In this document: one piece after another, positions 28,161 to 38,478 of the stretch | How the letters are laid out: each line of letters opens with the position of its first letter | Numbering within the stretch: position 1 is the stretch's first letter | Source: Rickettsiales bacterium | Lineage (GTDB): Bacteria > Pseudomonadota > Alphaproteobacteria > UBA8366 | Direction: 5' to 3' | Length of the DNA stretch: 64,000 bases | Assembly: GCA_002724555.1 (NCBI GenBank) | Contig: PBOZ01000039.1 | Span: forward strand, 16,229 to 80,228 | The notes under the pieces: generated by a model | What the model was told of the DNA's origin: nothing | The model's database searches: none | The model's input: the letters and a program-made list of their open reading frames with translations, nothing else | Program-made: the position numbers and the translations under genes

Positions 28161-29944
28161 CCATCGGAGTCTTTCTGGGAAGCCGCACCCAAACCTTTAT
28201 TGAGCTTCACCTCGATACGATCAACTTCCTCTTTTTCAGGGTTTAGGCTGAGCGCGCGCCTCCACTGAAACCTTGCTTCGTGCTTGCGGCCCACCTTCCA
28301 GTAAGCATCGCCCAGGTGATCACTTATAACCGGATCAAGTGGCCGAAGCTCCACTGCACGCTCCAAGTATTCAACGGCCTCTTCGTAATCACCAAGCCTA
28401 AATAGCACCCATCCCATGCTGTCGACGATAAATCCATCGTCTCGTCGTTGTTCGACCGCACGCTCGATCATTTCGCGAGCCTTATTCAGATTAACCCCCT
28501 GGTCGACCCAAGAATAACCAAGATAATTCAGCACATATGGCTGGTTCGGATTGAGCTCAAGGGCTCTAAGAAAATCTTGCTCTGCAACATCCCATTTCTT
28601 TAATCTTTCTAGCGAGATACCACGATAGTAAAAAAGCATCCAATCCCGAGGTCCTTCGGTACCAAGACGTTCGAAAGCACGATTATAGGCATCTACAGCG
28701 CCTTGATAATCCTCTTTTGAGCGAAGAAAACTACCCAAGCGAACCAGCGGGTCCGTCTCCGTCGGCCGCTCTTTAGCCATCGCCTCCAGCAAATCCTTTG
28801 CCTCATCAAGGCGGTCGGTCGCATTTAGATTTTCCGCCATCTTAAGCCGTGCGAGCCAGCTGTAGGAAGTCTCTTTCCCAATCAACTTATAAATCTCAAT
28901 TGAATCTTCATGACGCCCACTGCTGTCGAGAATATCTCCCATTAATAATTGAGCGACGGGGAAATCTGGCTTCAGGTAAGTCGCAATTCTCGCATATAAC
29001 AAAGCAGCAGCGCCTGCACGGGATACTGGGAGCGCGGAAGCTAAATTGAACATAGCCTCGGCAAAACCGGAAACAATATCGTCCGCAATTGGCCTTACAG
29101 AACGATTATCTTGCAATCGCCGAAGTTCATAGCCGATCAAATAACTTGCAGGATTCATCTTCAAATAAGATTCGTAGAGAATTCTGGCTTCGTCTTTGCG
29201 ATCCCTTCGTTCCAAAAATGTTCCTCTAGCACGTAATAAACGCAGAGGTGTCTCATCAACTTTTGCCATCGCGTTCTTATAAATTTCATCGGCTTCTGCA
29301 AATTTACCAGCCTGCTCTTTTAGCAAAGCCATATGCAAATTCATTAAACTCACGAATCCGTTTTCTTGAGAAAGAGGCTCAAGCAACTTGAAGGCGCCTT
29401 CAAAATTACCAGTTCCCGCCAGTATCCACGCCCCCGCCAACTGCCGACTATAGCGGGCTAACCCTTGAGTCGGGAAATTTACCATTAATTCCGAAGCCTT
29501 AGTAAATTTTCCCGCTTTTACATCCCTTGCTGCGAGCAACAAGAGTGCCGTTGTCATCCCTTTCTCATGCAACTTAATACGTTCCGCTATTTCGATAGCT
29601 TTTTTGTACTGTCCGGCTCCCAAGAACAATACGAAGGCGCGACGGGACAACGCCTCATTTTCAGGATCATCGCTCAGAACTCGAGCCATAAGGTTTGCTG
29701 CACCCAACAAATCGAGCTGTTTCTCAGCAAACCTACCTGCAAGATAGCTGCCAGCGGGTGAGCTCAATTCATTGGAATCAGAGACAGCGAACTGCGCCCG
29801 TCCGGCATCTGCAAGCAATGGTGATCCATCTTTTTGAACTGATACACATGAGATCGGAATCCACAACAGCAGGAGCGTGGCGCCGGATATCATCCGCCAC
29901 ACAACCGAGCCAGCCTTCGGTTGTTCTTTGAACGGCACCATCAT
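28157..29944 (-). CDS. TPR-repeat protein (exported)
   Basis: 595 aa with an N-terminal hydrophobic signal-like segment and many TPR-like repeats (e.g. AEQDFLRALELNPNQPYVLNYLGY). The start codon is uncertain. Confidence 0.8.
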   Translation of the reverse strand: MMVPFKEQPKAGSVVWRMISGATLLLLWIPISCVSVQKDGSPLLADAGRAQFAVSDSNELSSPAGSYLAGRFAEKQLDLLGAANLMARVLSDDPENEALSRRAFVLFLGAGQYKKAIEIAERIKLHEKGMTTALLLLAARDVKAGKFTKASELMVNFPTQGLARYSRQLAGAWILAGTGNFEGAFKLLEPLSQENGFVSLMNLHMALLKEQAGKFAEADEIYKNAMAKVDETPLRLLRARGTFLERRDRKDEARILYESYLKMNPASYLIGYELRRLQDNRSVRPIADDIVSGFAEAMFNLASALPVSRAGAAALLYARIATYLKPDFPVAQLLMGDILDSSGRHEDSIEIYKLIGKETSYSWLARLKMAENLNATDRLDEAKDLLEAMAKERPTETDPLVRLGSFLRSKEDYQGAVDAYNRAFERLGTEGPRDWMLFYYRGISLERLKKWDVAEQDFLRALELNPNQPYVLNYLGYSWVDQGVNLNKAREMIERAVEQRRDDGFIVDSMGWVLFRLGDYEEAVEYLERAVELRPLDPVISDHLGDAYWKVGRKHEARFQWRRALSLNPEKEEVDRIEVKLNKGLGAASQKDSDG

Positions 29945-30063
29945 TTTTTTGTGGCCACTTTCCGTTTCTCAACCATTAATAATACATGAGTTAGCTATGG
30001 CAAGCCAACGAACGATTGCATGAACGGACCAGAGATGAGCAAGGAATTTCTAAACCCGGCACG

Positions 30064-31710
30064 TTACATATTAGGGTAATTCGGTCCCCCGCCACCTTCC
30101 GGCGTAACCCAAACGATATTTTGTGTCGGATCTTTGATATCACAGGTTTTACAATGCACGCAATTTTGCGCATTGATCTGCAATTTCGGGTTCGAAGCGT
30201 CGTCATCATAGAGTATTTCATAAACGCCAGCAGGACAGTAGCGTTGCTCTGGCGCCGCAAATTCTGCCAGATTGACATCTACAGGCACATTTTTGTCTTT
30301 TAATGTTAAATGGACCGGCTGGTCTTCCTCATGATTAGTTGCCGAAAACGATACGTTCGTTAAGCGGTCAAAAGTAATAACCCCATCAGCCTTTGGATAT
30401 TCGATAGGTTGGAAGTTTTCTGCCCTTCCGGTCGCTTCGTGATCCGCGTGACTATGTTTGAGAGTCCAGGGTGCTTTGCCACGAAAAAGTATTTGATCAA
30501 TCCCAGCGTAGATCATCCCACCATACAAGCCCCATTTAAAGCCAGGACGTACGTTACGGGCGTCGCTTAACTCCTGATAGACCCATGATTTATTAAAGGC
30601 CTCCCTGTATTCAAAAAGCTCGTCAGACCCGCGACCTGACACAATGGCCTCGAATGCCGCCTCAGCTGCCAACATGCCCGACTTCATAGCGGTATGGCTG
30701 CCTTTAATTTTTGGTGTGTTCAATGTCCCAGCTTCGCAACCTACAAGCACCCCGCCAGGAAACGTCAATTTCGGCAGGCTTTGCAAACCGCCCTCGTTCA
30801 ATGCCCGCGCACCATAAGCGATCCGCCGACCGTTTTCGAAATACGATTTAATCTTTGGATGGGTCTTGAAACGTTGAAATTCCTCATAAGGGCTGAGATA
30901 GGGGTTCTCATAATCCAATCCCACCACAAACCCAACAGCAACCTGATTATTTTCAAGATGATAGAGGAACGATCCACCATAAGTATCACTTTTTAATGGC
31001 CAACCTGTAGTATGGACAACGAGACCTTCCCTATGCTTCTCAGGCTCTATCTCCCACAACTCTTTGATGCCTATGCCGTACGTCTGCGCCTCGACCCCTT
31101 CTCGAAGATTAAATTTCTCCATTAACTGCTTGCCGAGACTGCCACGGCATCCTTCTGCAAAGAGCGTGTACTTCGCATGTAGCTCCATACCTACCTGGTA
31201 ATTTGGGCCCTTTTCGCCTTCGCGCGTTACACCCATATCGCCTGTCGCGACACCTTTAACCGAACCGTCGTCATTATAAAGAACTTCTGCTGCTGCAAAC
31301 CCTGGATAAATTTCAACTCCAATGGCCTCAGCTTGTTCACCCAACCAGCGGCACAAATTACCCAAACTAATAATGTAATTTCCATGGTTTTTTAAGACTG
31401 GTGGTAAAATGAATGTCGGCAACGACACTGCGCTTCCTTCTTTCAATATTAGGAACTTCTCGGCCATCACCGGCGTATTTAAAGGCGCTTCTTTCTCTTT
31501 CCAATCAGGAATGAGTTCATTCAAGGCCCGTGGATCCAATACGGCACCCGACAGGATATGCGCACCGACCTCTGAGCCTTTCTCTAAAATTGTCACATCA
31601 ATGTCGCGCCCAGATTTGGCCGCCAGCTGTTTTAAACGGATAGCAGCTGCCAGGCCGGAGGGGCCAGCGCCGACAATCACAACATCAACTTCTATCGATT
31701 CGCGTTCCAT
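30064..31710 (-). CDS. Electron-transfer flavoprotein:ubiquinone oxidoreductase
   Basis: FAD motif [15 protein letters not shown] and C-terminal 4Fe-4S motif CPAGVYE...[12 protein letters not shown]. The 548-aa length is typical of ETF-QO. Confidence 0.93.
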   Translation of the reverse strand: MERESIEVDVVIVGAGPSGLAAAIRLKQLAAKSGRDIDVTILEKGSEVGAHILSGAVLDPRALNELIPDWKEKEAPLNTPVMAEKFLILKEGSAVSLPTFILPPVLKNHGNYIISLGNLCRWLGEQAEAIGVEIYPGFAAAEVLYNDDGSVKGVATGDMGVTREGEKGPNYQVGMELHAKYTLFAEGCRGSLGKQLMEKFNLREGVEAQTYGIGIKELWEIEPEKHREGLVVHTTGWPLKSDTYGGSFLYHLENNQVAVGFVVGLDYENPYLSPYEEFQRFKTHPKIKSYFENGRRIAYGARALNEGGLQSLPKLTFPGGVLVGCEAGTLNTPKIKGSHTAMKSGMLAAEAAFEAIVSGRGSDELFEYREAFNKSWVYQELSDARNVRPGFKWGLYGGMIYAGIDQILFRGKAPWTLKHSHADHEATGRAENFQPIEYPKADGVITFDRLTNVSFSATNHEEDQPVHLTLKDKNVPVDVNLAEFAAPEQRYCPAGVYEILYDDDASNPKLQINAQNCVHCKTCDIKDPTQNIVWVTPEGGGGPNYPNM

Positions 31711-31811
31711 CGCGATACCTCACTTCTTGCGCAATCTCGAAACTATGACGAGTTCTCTATCGTACCGCGGCGGAATTTGGTAGACACTTCAGGCAAAGGA
31801 GTTCTTATACT

Positions 31812-32645
31812 ATGGAATCAGACCGCGAAGCATTGCCAAAACTTTCATCGCTAGACGCTCTTAGATGGCATCTCGAGATGGCTATCGACGAAGTTATCGA
31901 AGATCAACCTATCGATCGTTTCGCAAGTGCTGCGCCAGTGCCCACCGCAGTCTCGTCAAAGCTTCCGACATTACAACCACCGTCAACGCGATCCACGTCT
32001 CCAGCATCCTCTGGCCAACCACTGGCACCAGCGGAAGGCGCAAGAGAGGCAATCAACATCGCACGAGATGCCAGCAGCATTGAAGACCTAAGAGAGCGAC
32101 TTGAGAAGTTCTCAGGTTGTGCACTTAAGTTCACAGCTACAAATACTGTCTTTGCTGACGGCAATCCCGAATCAGACCTAATGTTTATAGGCGAGGCACC
32201 AGGCGTCGATGAAGACCGCCAAGGGCTGCCCTTCGTCGGTGCGAGCGGAAAATTACTAAATAGAATGTTGTCTGCCCTCGGGCAGGAGCGTTCGTCAGTC
32301 TATATTTCAAATATTCTTTTTTGGCGTCCCCCCGGTAACCGCAGCCCCACAGCTTCCGAATCCGCCGCCTGCTTGCCGTTTGTACAGCGCCATATAGAAC
32401 TCGCACAGCCAAAAATCTTAGTGTTTCTGGGCGGCAGCTCAGCAAAGGTTATGCTATGTCGGACGGAGGGAATAATGCGTCTACGTGGAAAATGGTTTGA
32501 ATACAGAAGCGACGGTCTAGATACTCCAATTCCCGCTATGCCAACTTTCCATCCCGCGTTCCTCTTACGTCAACCGGCGCAAAAGAGAGAAGCGTGGCGA
32601 GACTTCCTGGCGATCCAAGAAAAGCTGCAGAAAATGCGCACATAA
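31812..32645 (+). CDS. Uracil-DNA glycosylase, family 4, with Pro/Ser-rich N-terminal extension
   Basis: Family-4 motif IGEAPGVDEDRQGLPFVGASGKLL and C-terminal HPAFLLR. Confidence 0.88.
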   Translation: MESDREALPKLSSLDALRWHLEMAIDEVIEDQPIDRFASAAPVPTAVSSKLPTLQPPSTRSTSPASSGQPLAPAEGAREAINIARDASSIEDLRERLEKFSGCALKFTATNTVFADGNPESDLMFIGEAPGVDEDRQGLPFVGASGKLLNRMLSALGQERSSVYISNILFWRPPGNRSPTASESAACLPFVQRHIELAQPKILVFLGGSSAKVMLCRTEGIMRLRGKWFEYRSDGLDTPIPAMPTFHPAFLLRQPAQKREAWRDFLAIQEKLQKMRT

Positions 32646-32756
32646 TTCGCGCAGGGACATGAAAACAGCGAGATTCTTGTCTAATTTTCCGAACTCTAGT
32701 ACCACTTCTGCATATGCATTCAATTAAATTTAGATTGTAGCGGAGCAATCAAAGTC

Positions 32757-34577
32757 GTGTTTTTCATCGCTAACCGAAAACAGACCGCCATTTTGATAAT
32801 GATATTCTGCAGTACCATTTACGGAGTTATGCCTGCAATCGCCCAGGATACCGCCACCATTCCGACCGGACGGGCCGGGGACCCGCAGGATTCACTGCCT
32901 CAAGTTTTATCAAAAAAAGACGCTACAATGTATCGCCGTATCTTTGATCTGCAAAAGGATGGCCAATGGCGAAAGGCAGATAGACTTATCAAGAGCCTCA
33001 ACGACCGTCTGCTAGTGGGCCATGTGCTGTATCAGCGATATATGCATCCCACGAAATATCGCTCCCGCTATGTAGAGCTGAAAAAATGGTTGGATACATA
33101 CGCTGATCATCCCGGCGCACGTCGGACTTACGCCCTAGCAATGAGGCGAAAACCGCATAATTGGCGTGCGCCACAGCGCCCGCTGGGCGTCTCATTTGGC
33201 TCACTCCCGTCCCCAGTCCAAGACGACGTATCGGATGGGAGAAAAGGAATAAAAAGATATGGGACAAGGGCGCAGCGCCGGCATGCCCGCTACGTAACTC
33301 AACAAGTCAAATCTCTGGTCCGGCGCGGACGGCCAACACAAGCTTTGAAGAGGCTGCAAAATGTTGACATCAAACGCAATTTTCATGCGGTAAGCTACGA
33401 CCAGACACTGGCGATCGTTGCTCGGGGCTACTATCACGCTGAATTAAACGAGAAGACACTGCAAACTGCGGCCTCCGCAATTGAGCGGTCAGGGAAGAAA
33501 GCACCTATGGCACTTTGGTGGTCTGGCTTAGCAGCTTGGCGTTTGGGCAATTACATGCGAGCCGCAGAAAATTTTGATATGCTTTCAAAAGCCAACCTGG
33601 AAGACGCTTGGATCAAATCAGCGGCGGCCTACTGGGCCGCAAGGGCCTTTCTTGCCGCCCGACAACCAACTCGCGTTAATCCGTTACTAGCCAAAGCGGC
33701 ACAGAATCCCCGGACATTTTATGGTTTACTAGCAGCACGCACGCTGGGCGAAATACCCGTCTTTGAGTGGGAGCTCCCAAAGCTCAGCGCCGGCGAAATG
33801 AACTTGCTGTTGCAAGCACCCGCGGCAAAGCGCGCGCTTGGGCTCATCCAAGTTGGCGAAAATTCTCGCGCTGAACTTGAGTTAAAACGGTTTACTGGTG
33901 CCTTATCACCAAAATTGGCGCATATCCTTCTGGGGTTAACCGCTAAGGCCAATCTGCCGGCACTCGCATACCGCCTTGGGCGATTACTGGAACGCAAAAG
34001 CGGCGACCACTATGATGCTGCACTCTACCCCATGCCCGATTGGGTTCCAAAGGATGGCTATGATATCGACCGCGCAATGATTTTTGCTTTAATCCGGCAA
34101 GAATCAGGTTTCAAGCCAAAAGCCAAAAGCAGAGCCGGAGCTCGAGGTTTGATGCAGCTTATGCCAAGAACGGCTGGATTTATGGCTGGCAAGCGATTCC
34201 GGGGTCACAGGCGCCATGAATTGTTCGATCCGGAATACAATATCGAGCTGGGCCAGTCCTACGTTCAACACCTCCTCGAATTCCCTGGAATCGAGGGCAA
34301 CCTGTTCTTCACTGCTGCCGCATATAACGGCGGTCCCGGCAACCTGAACAAATGGCGTCGAACATCGGAATACAAGAACGATCCGTTGCTATTTATCGAA
34401 AGCATCCCATCGCGGGAAACCCGTGTTTTTGTCGAACGCGTCCTGACAAATCTCTGGATTTACCGCTACCGACTTGGTCAACCGACACCGTCCCTCAACG
34501 CCATCGCGGCCGGAACATGGCCGCGATACACTAGGCTTGATTCAAACACAGATAAGGTGGCTGTTCGTGCCAATTGA
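32757..34577 (+). CDS. Soluble lytic murein transglycosylase (Slt family)
   Basis: Signal peptide ending PAIAQD, a long superhelical region, and SLT catalytic block LIRQESGFKPKAKSRAGARGLMQLMP. GTG start. Confidence 0.85.
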   Translation: MFFIANRKQTAILIMIFCSTIYGVMPAIAQDTATIPTGRAGDPQDSLPQVLSKKDATMYRRIFDLQKDGQWRKADRLIKSLNDRLLVGHVLYQRYMHPTKYRSRYVELKKWLDTYADHPGARRTYALAMRRKPHNWRAPQRPLGVSFGSLPSPVQDDVSDGRKGIKRYGTRAQRRHARYVTQQVKSLVRRGRPTQALKRLQNVDIKRNFHAVSYDQTLAIVARGYYHAELNEKTLQTAASAIERSGKKAPMALWWSGLAAWRLGNYMRAAENFDMLSKANLEDAWIKSAAAYWAARAFLAARQPTRVNPLLAKAAQNPRTFYGLLAARTLGEIPVFEWELPKLSAGEMNLLLQAPAAKRALGLIQVGENSRAELELKRFTGALSPKLAHILLGLTAKANLPALAYRLGRLLERKSGDHYDAALYPMPDWVPKDGYDIDRAMIFALIRQESGFKPKAKSRAGARGLMQLMPRTAGFMAGKRFRGHRRHELFDPEYNIELGQSYVQHLLEFPGIEGNLFFTAAAYNGGPGNLNKWRRTSEYKNDPLLFIESIPSRETRVFVERVLTNLWIYRYRLGQPTPSLNAIAAGTWPRYTRLDSNTDKVAVRAN

Positions 34578-35094
34578 CAATAAGTTAATCTTCTTCCCAG
34601 TCCATATAGCTATACTGACTGTTTCCGATACCCGCACAAAGGACGACGATCGATCCGGCGACACGCTAGTCGGACGCCTCAAAGAGGATGGGCACATCCT
34701 TAAGGCGCGGGCCATCGTTAAAGACGACTCCAGCGCGATCGAAACTCAACTTAAGGACTGGATCGAGAACCCAGATGTTGATGTGATCATTTCAACAGGC
34801 GGAACCGGTGTAACAGGCCGCGACGTCACGCCCGAGGCTTTCGAGCGAATCTGTGAGAAAGATATACCAGGTTTCGGAGAATTATTCCGGTGGGTCAGCT
34901 TCCAGAAGATAGGCACATCAACAATTCAGAGTCGTGCAGTTGGCGGTGTTGCTAAAGGCACTTATCTGTTCGCCCTGCCCGGATCAACCGGGGCGTGCAA
35001 AGACGGCTGGGATGAAATCCTGCACCACCAATTAGATAGTCGTTTCCGGCCCTGCAACTTCGTCGAATTGATGCCACGCCTGCAGGAAAAATAG
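34567..35094 (+). CDS. moaB: Molybdenum cofactor biosynthesis protein B (MoaB/Mog family)
   Basis: IAILTVSDTR...ISTGGTGVTGRDVTPEA motifs. The GTG at 34567 is chosen because the track ATG at 34474 would overlap slt by 104 nt. The start is uncertain. Confidence 0.78.
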   Translation: MPIDNKLIFFPVHIAILTVSDTRTKDDDRSGDTLVGRLKEDGHILKARAIVKDDSSAIETQLKDWIENPDVDVIISTGGTGVTGRDVTPEAFERICEKDIPGFGELFRWVSFQKIGTSTIQSRAVGGVAKGTYLFALPGSTGACKDGWDEILHHQLDSRFRPCNFVELMPRLQEK

Positions 35095-35193
35095 CACTCG
35101 CGATTCGGTCAATTGCAGCCGACAGCACTCCTCAATTATAGAACCGCTTCACGACCTTCCCAGCAAAATTTGCGGCGGATGAATGTTAATTTT

Positions 35194-35775
35194 TTATACG
35201 GAAACTTCATCGCGCCAGCGAAAAAAGGCACTACCATTGTCGACATCTGATTTTGTAGACACAAACAACGGAATTTGATCCAAGTTTCCAATACAATCAG
35301 CTAGAGTACTTTCAGTCGACCAGCGGACGTTTCTAAACAGGCCTGGCGCAGTCCGCCTGTTTGCCAAACCAACAAGCCAGAAGCCGCCATCCTCGGCAGG
35401 ACCAAAAATAACTCCAGACTTCCGCAACCCAGTAAAGGCTTTCCATATGTCATTTGGCGACACACAAGGAATATCGGACCCGATTAAAACCACAGCGCCT
35501 GACGGCAAAGTGCGCAATGCGTTTTCCATTCGCGCACCAAGGTCTTTGCGCACTTGAAAGCGGCGACGGATAGCTTCCGGCCAGCGCCCTAACCCTCTAT
35601 CAACAAATAGCCAGCACTGCCAACGGGGATCGTACCCTAATTTACGAACTGTCGAAGCGAGATTATGCCGGTAAAAGCGCAATGCTTCGACAGCACCTAT
35701 ATCAGCCGCGAGACGCCGTTTTACGCGGCCAAGCCGAGGCGATTTCGCAAAAATAATGAGGTGGCGACGTTTCAT
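35194..35775 (-). CDS. DUF2064 / TIGR04282-like glycosyltransferase (family found next to ArsS radical-SAM selenodomain proteins)
   Basis: HLIIFAKSPRLGRVKRRLA...LGARMENA...LIGSDIP...GPAEDGGFWLVGL is typical of DUF2064. ATGA overlap with the upstream gene sets the start at 35775. Confidence 0.8.
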   Translation of the reverse strand: MKRRHLIIFAKSPRLGRVKRRLAADIGAVEALRFYRHNLASTVRKLGYDPRWQCWLFVDRGLGRWPEAIRRRFQVRKDLGARMENALRTLPSGAVVLIGSDIPCVSPNDIWKAFTGLRKSGVIFGPAEDGGFWLVGLANRRTAPGLFRNVRWSTESTLADCIGNLDQIPLFVSTKSDVDNGSAFFRWRDEVSV

Positions 35776-36458
35776 CCATAGACCTTTTTGATCGTTTTTA
35801 CCGGAACGCCAAAGTAAAAGAGTCCTAAACAGGAAAGATTTCGAATTGCCCGCAACCAATATCCATCTTGCTGGAATCTCACCGCTGATGTTGTGGCCCG
35901 TGAACTAATCGGCACAAGAGCGCGTCGACCAAGGCGCCGAACAATATCGACGTCCTCCATCAACGGGTAATCTTGGTAGCCGCCTATGCGTTGATAAAGA
36001 CGCTTTGAGAGCAATAATCCCTGATCGCCGTATGGCAGGCCGAACAGACGGTTTCGCAATCGTACCAGGCATTCAAGTCGCCTTGCAGAGAGCGATGTAT
36101 CGTCGAGAGCAAATTCAAAATAACCAGCGATCTCAAAAGAATTTGATCGTTCAATGAATTCGCGTACTTTATCGCTCCAACCTCTCGCTAACACTGTGTC
36201 TGCATGAAGAAAAAGAAACCAATTCCCCCGCGCCGCATCGGCGCCAGCTCGGAGCTGACCACCCCGACCGGGGGCCGCTTTAACCAAATTAGCACCCGCA
36301 TCGATCACAGCCGATTGAGTGCCGTCTTCGGAACCACCATCTGAAACTACGAGGTCCTTAATCAAGCCAATACTCTCCATCTGCGCCAAGGCGCTAAGTG
36401 TCGGCCCCAAAACCTCACCTGCGTTCAATGTTGGAATTATGACACTTAGCTCCGCCAT
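35772..36458 (-). CDS. Family-2 glycosyltransferase, TIGR04283-like (partner of TIGR04282)
   Basis: LSVIIPTLN...VVSDGGSEDGT...FLHADT...LPYGDQGLLL...PLMEDVDIVRRLGR... matches my recollection of this subfamily. Confidence 0.82.
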   Translation of the reverse strand: MAELSVIIPTLNAGEVLGPTLSALAQMESIGLIKDLVVSDGGSEDGTQSAVIDAGANLVKAAPGRGGQLRAGADAARGNWFLFLHADTVLARGWSDKVREFIERSNSFEIAGYFEFALDDTSLSARRLECLVRLRNRLFGLPYGDQGLLLSKRLYQRIGGYQDYPLMEDVDIVRRLGRRALVPISSRATTSAVRFQQDGYWLRAIRNLSCLGLFYFGVPVKTIKKVYG

Positions 36459-36565
36459 GGAAACTTTCTATCACAAGCTGTGAGCAAACTCATAGCCCAC
36501 TCAAATGTTGAATGTTCAAATTTTATTATTTCAATTTGATGGACTGGAAGCTCCCAAAACAGACA

Positions 36566-36930
36566 AGAAGGATCCATAAGGTGATTATTCACCGTGCGGG
36601 CCGATTCGAGGCAAATGGCTTTAAAGCAATTGATGACGGATGGCCTCTCGAAGTTGTCTAACCTGGACAAATAACAACTACATTATCTTTAGACAACGCC
36701 CGGAAGATAGTAAGCCGCAACAAATCACCTGACGTTCCTTTCAATCGGTTGATCAATCCTTATCGAGGTCGCGAACATGGTTACATTTATTGTTTCGCAT
36801 GACCGACACATGCTTATTATGAATTGTCTACCAGTCTCGATTTCAAAATCAAGCTGTACTGGAAAGCCAACGCGATAGATCGAATTCTCACTTGAGCTCA
36901 ACCCTGGAAAAATTCAAAGACTATCCAAAA
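36566..36930 (+). pseudogene. Remnant of a PA0069/Rv2578c-type radical SAM protein (N-terminal ~120 codons, 3 in-frame stops, Cys motif lost)
   Basis: Hand translation HRAGRFEANGFKAIDDGWPLEVV*PGQITTTLSLDNARKIVSRNKSPDVPFNRLINPYRGREHGYIYCFA*PTHAYYELSTSLDFKIKLYWKANAIDRILT*AQPWKN. Compare the family pattern SPD..F..SINPYRGCEHGCIYCYARP.H.YLG.S.GLDFE. The stops are at 36659, 36800 and 36893, and the rest of the gene is absent. Confidence 0.55.
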
Positions 36931-37092
36931 AAAGAAGACCAATTGACCCTTTTTTTAACGGCCGTTCATTTTTGCTTCAGGAGCCCTCAGTCAACTGCGA
37001 CAGAACTTCAATGAGAGAGCATCATACCGCCATATTTGTGTTCATCTTTCCACTCTGTCCACGAGAATTTATTGTGATAGGCTGACCACAAT

Positions 37093-38478
37093 ATGGACCA
37101 CGGGATTGAGCTCACAGGGTTAGCCGTTGTTGCTGCCGCGGCCACACTTTGCGGCATGGCAATGGCGCGTCTAAGTCAGCCAGCCATAGTCGGTTATATC
37201 CTATCCGGCGTCCTGCTGGGCCCATCCGGTCTGGGTCTTGTGGGCAACCGAGGACAAATCGAAGCACTGGCCGAACTAGGTGTCCTCATGCTCCTTTACA
37301 TCATCGGCATGGAACTCTCCGTCCGGAGTTTCCGCAGGATGTGGCGCATTGCGGTCTTCAGCACTGGGCTGCAAATTTTGGTCAGCCTGTTGGCAATGCT
37401 CATTCTCGGTTATTTTCTCAATTGGGACGCCACCCACATAATCTTCTTTGCTTTCGTGTTAGCTCTGTCCAGCACGGCCGTCAGCGTTAAGATGATGGAA
37501 GATGTTGGCACTTTGCGCCAACGGGTGGGTCGTATCGGCGTCGGTGTCCTTATTGCTCAAGACCTCGCCGTCGCGCCAATGCTGATAGTTCTAGGTGGAA
37601 TGACCGGCGAAGGATTCGATTTTTTTGTCTTACTCAAACTGTTCCTGACGGTAGGACTCCTTGTCCTTCTCATTCGTTACTTAGCAAAGGACCGAAAGCT
37701 TAACTTGACTTTTGCCAAATTCATATTGGGCCGAGTTGATCTCCGGCCAGTCGCTGCCCTCGCCTGGTGCTTTACTGCTGCCGCAGTTGCTGGACTAGTC
37801 GGTATTTCCGCCGTTTTTGGCGCTTTTCTCGCTGGTCTCGTAGTCGGCAGCAGCTACCAACGCCATGAAATCTTCGAAGCGGCTAAACCAATCGAGAGCA
37901 TTCTATTGATGACTTTCTTCTTATCCATAGGATTGCTCGTAGATCTCAGTTTTCTATGGAACAATATCAGCCTAGTTTTGTTGCTCTGGGCCTTCGTCAC
38001 CATTTTTAAGACAGCCCTTAATACAGTGATATTTCGAGCCATGGGCGAAAGCTGGCAACACGCTTTCTTGTCGAGCCTTTTCCTCGCGCAAATCGGTGAG
38101 TTTGGCTTTATCCTTGGCGGTGTAGCGATAGACAGCGCGATTATCGATTCTGACCTCTATCGTCTGGTAGTGGCAGTCACAGTGCTCTCGCTCATAACAA
38201 GCCCGTTATGGACGAATAGTGCCCGTCGAGTACAACACCGTGCCGCGCGACGCATGAATACGATCGGCGGCCTGTTACGATTGATCTATTTCCGGGAACG
38301 GCGATATACCCGACGTTACAGCCGAAACACTTTTGACGCTCTGTACTGGATTTTGACACGCATTGAGATTCCGCTTGAGCGTTTGCGACGGCGCTTGCGT
38401 GAATACCAGCGGCGGCGGCGCGAACGCGAGACAAAATCAACCGAGCGCCAGGAAATGCGAGACCTGGACGATGCCTGA
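37093..38478 (+). CDS. Cation:proton antiporter (CPA2/Kef-type membrane domain) with Arg-rich C-terminal tail
   Basis: 461 aa. The N-terminal SQPAIVGYILSGVLLGPSGLG is typical of Na+/H+ exchanger-family proteins. There are about 12 helices. I recognise no KTN/RCK domain. Confidence 0.85.
   Translation: MDHGIELTGLAVVAAAATLCGMAMARLSQPAIVGYILSGVLLGPSGLGLVGNRGQIEALAELGVLMLLYIIGMELSVRSFRRMWRIAVFSTGLQILVSLLAMLILGYFLNWDATHIIFFAFVLALSSTAVSVKMMEDVGTLRQRVGRIGVGVLIAQDLAVAPMLIVLGGMTGEGFDFFVLLKLFLTVGLLVLLIRYLAKDRKLNLTFAKFILGRVDLRPVAALAWCFTAAAVAGLVGISAVFGAFLAGLVVGSSYQRHEIFEAAKPIESILLMTFFLSIGLLVDLSFLWNNISLVLLLWAFVTIFKTALNTVIFRAMGESWQHAFLSSLFLAQIGEFGFILGGVAIDSAIIDSDLYRLVVAVTVLSLITSPLWTNSARRVQHRAARRMNTIGGLLRLIYFRERRYTRRYSRNTFDALYWILTRIEIPLERLRRRLREYQRRRRERETKSTERQEMRDLDDA

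Noticed and set aside
34474-34566. The ATG at 34474 as the moaB start, as listed in the ORF track.
   Set aside because: It would overlap slt by 104 nt and add about 30 non-conserved residues before the conserved IAILTVSDTR block. The in-frame GTG at 34567 is more plausible, although unproven.
36446-36670. 74-aa minus-strand ORF upstream of the glycosyltransferase pair.
   Set aside because: It lies antisense to the recognisable radical-SAM pseudogene on the + strand, overlaps the start of the TIGR04283-like gene, and resembles no family.
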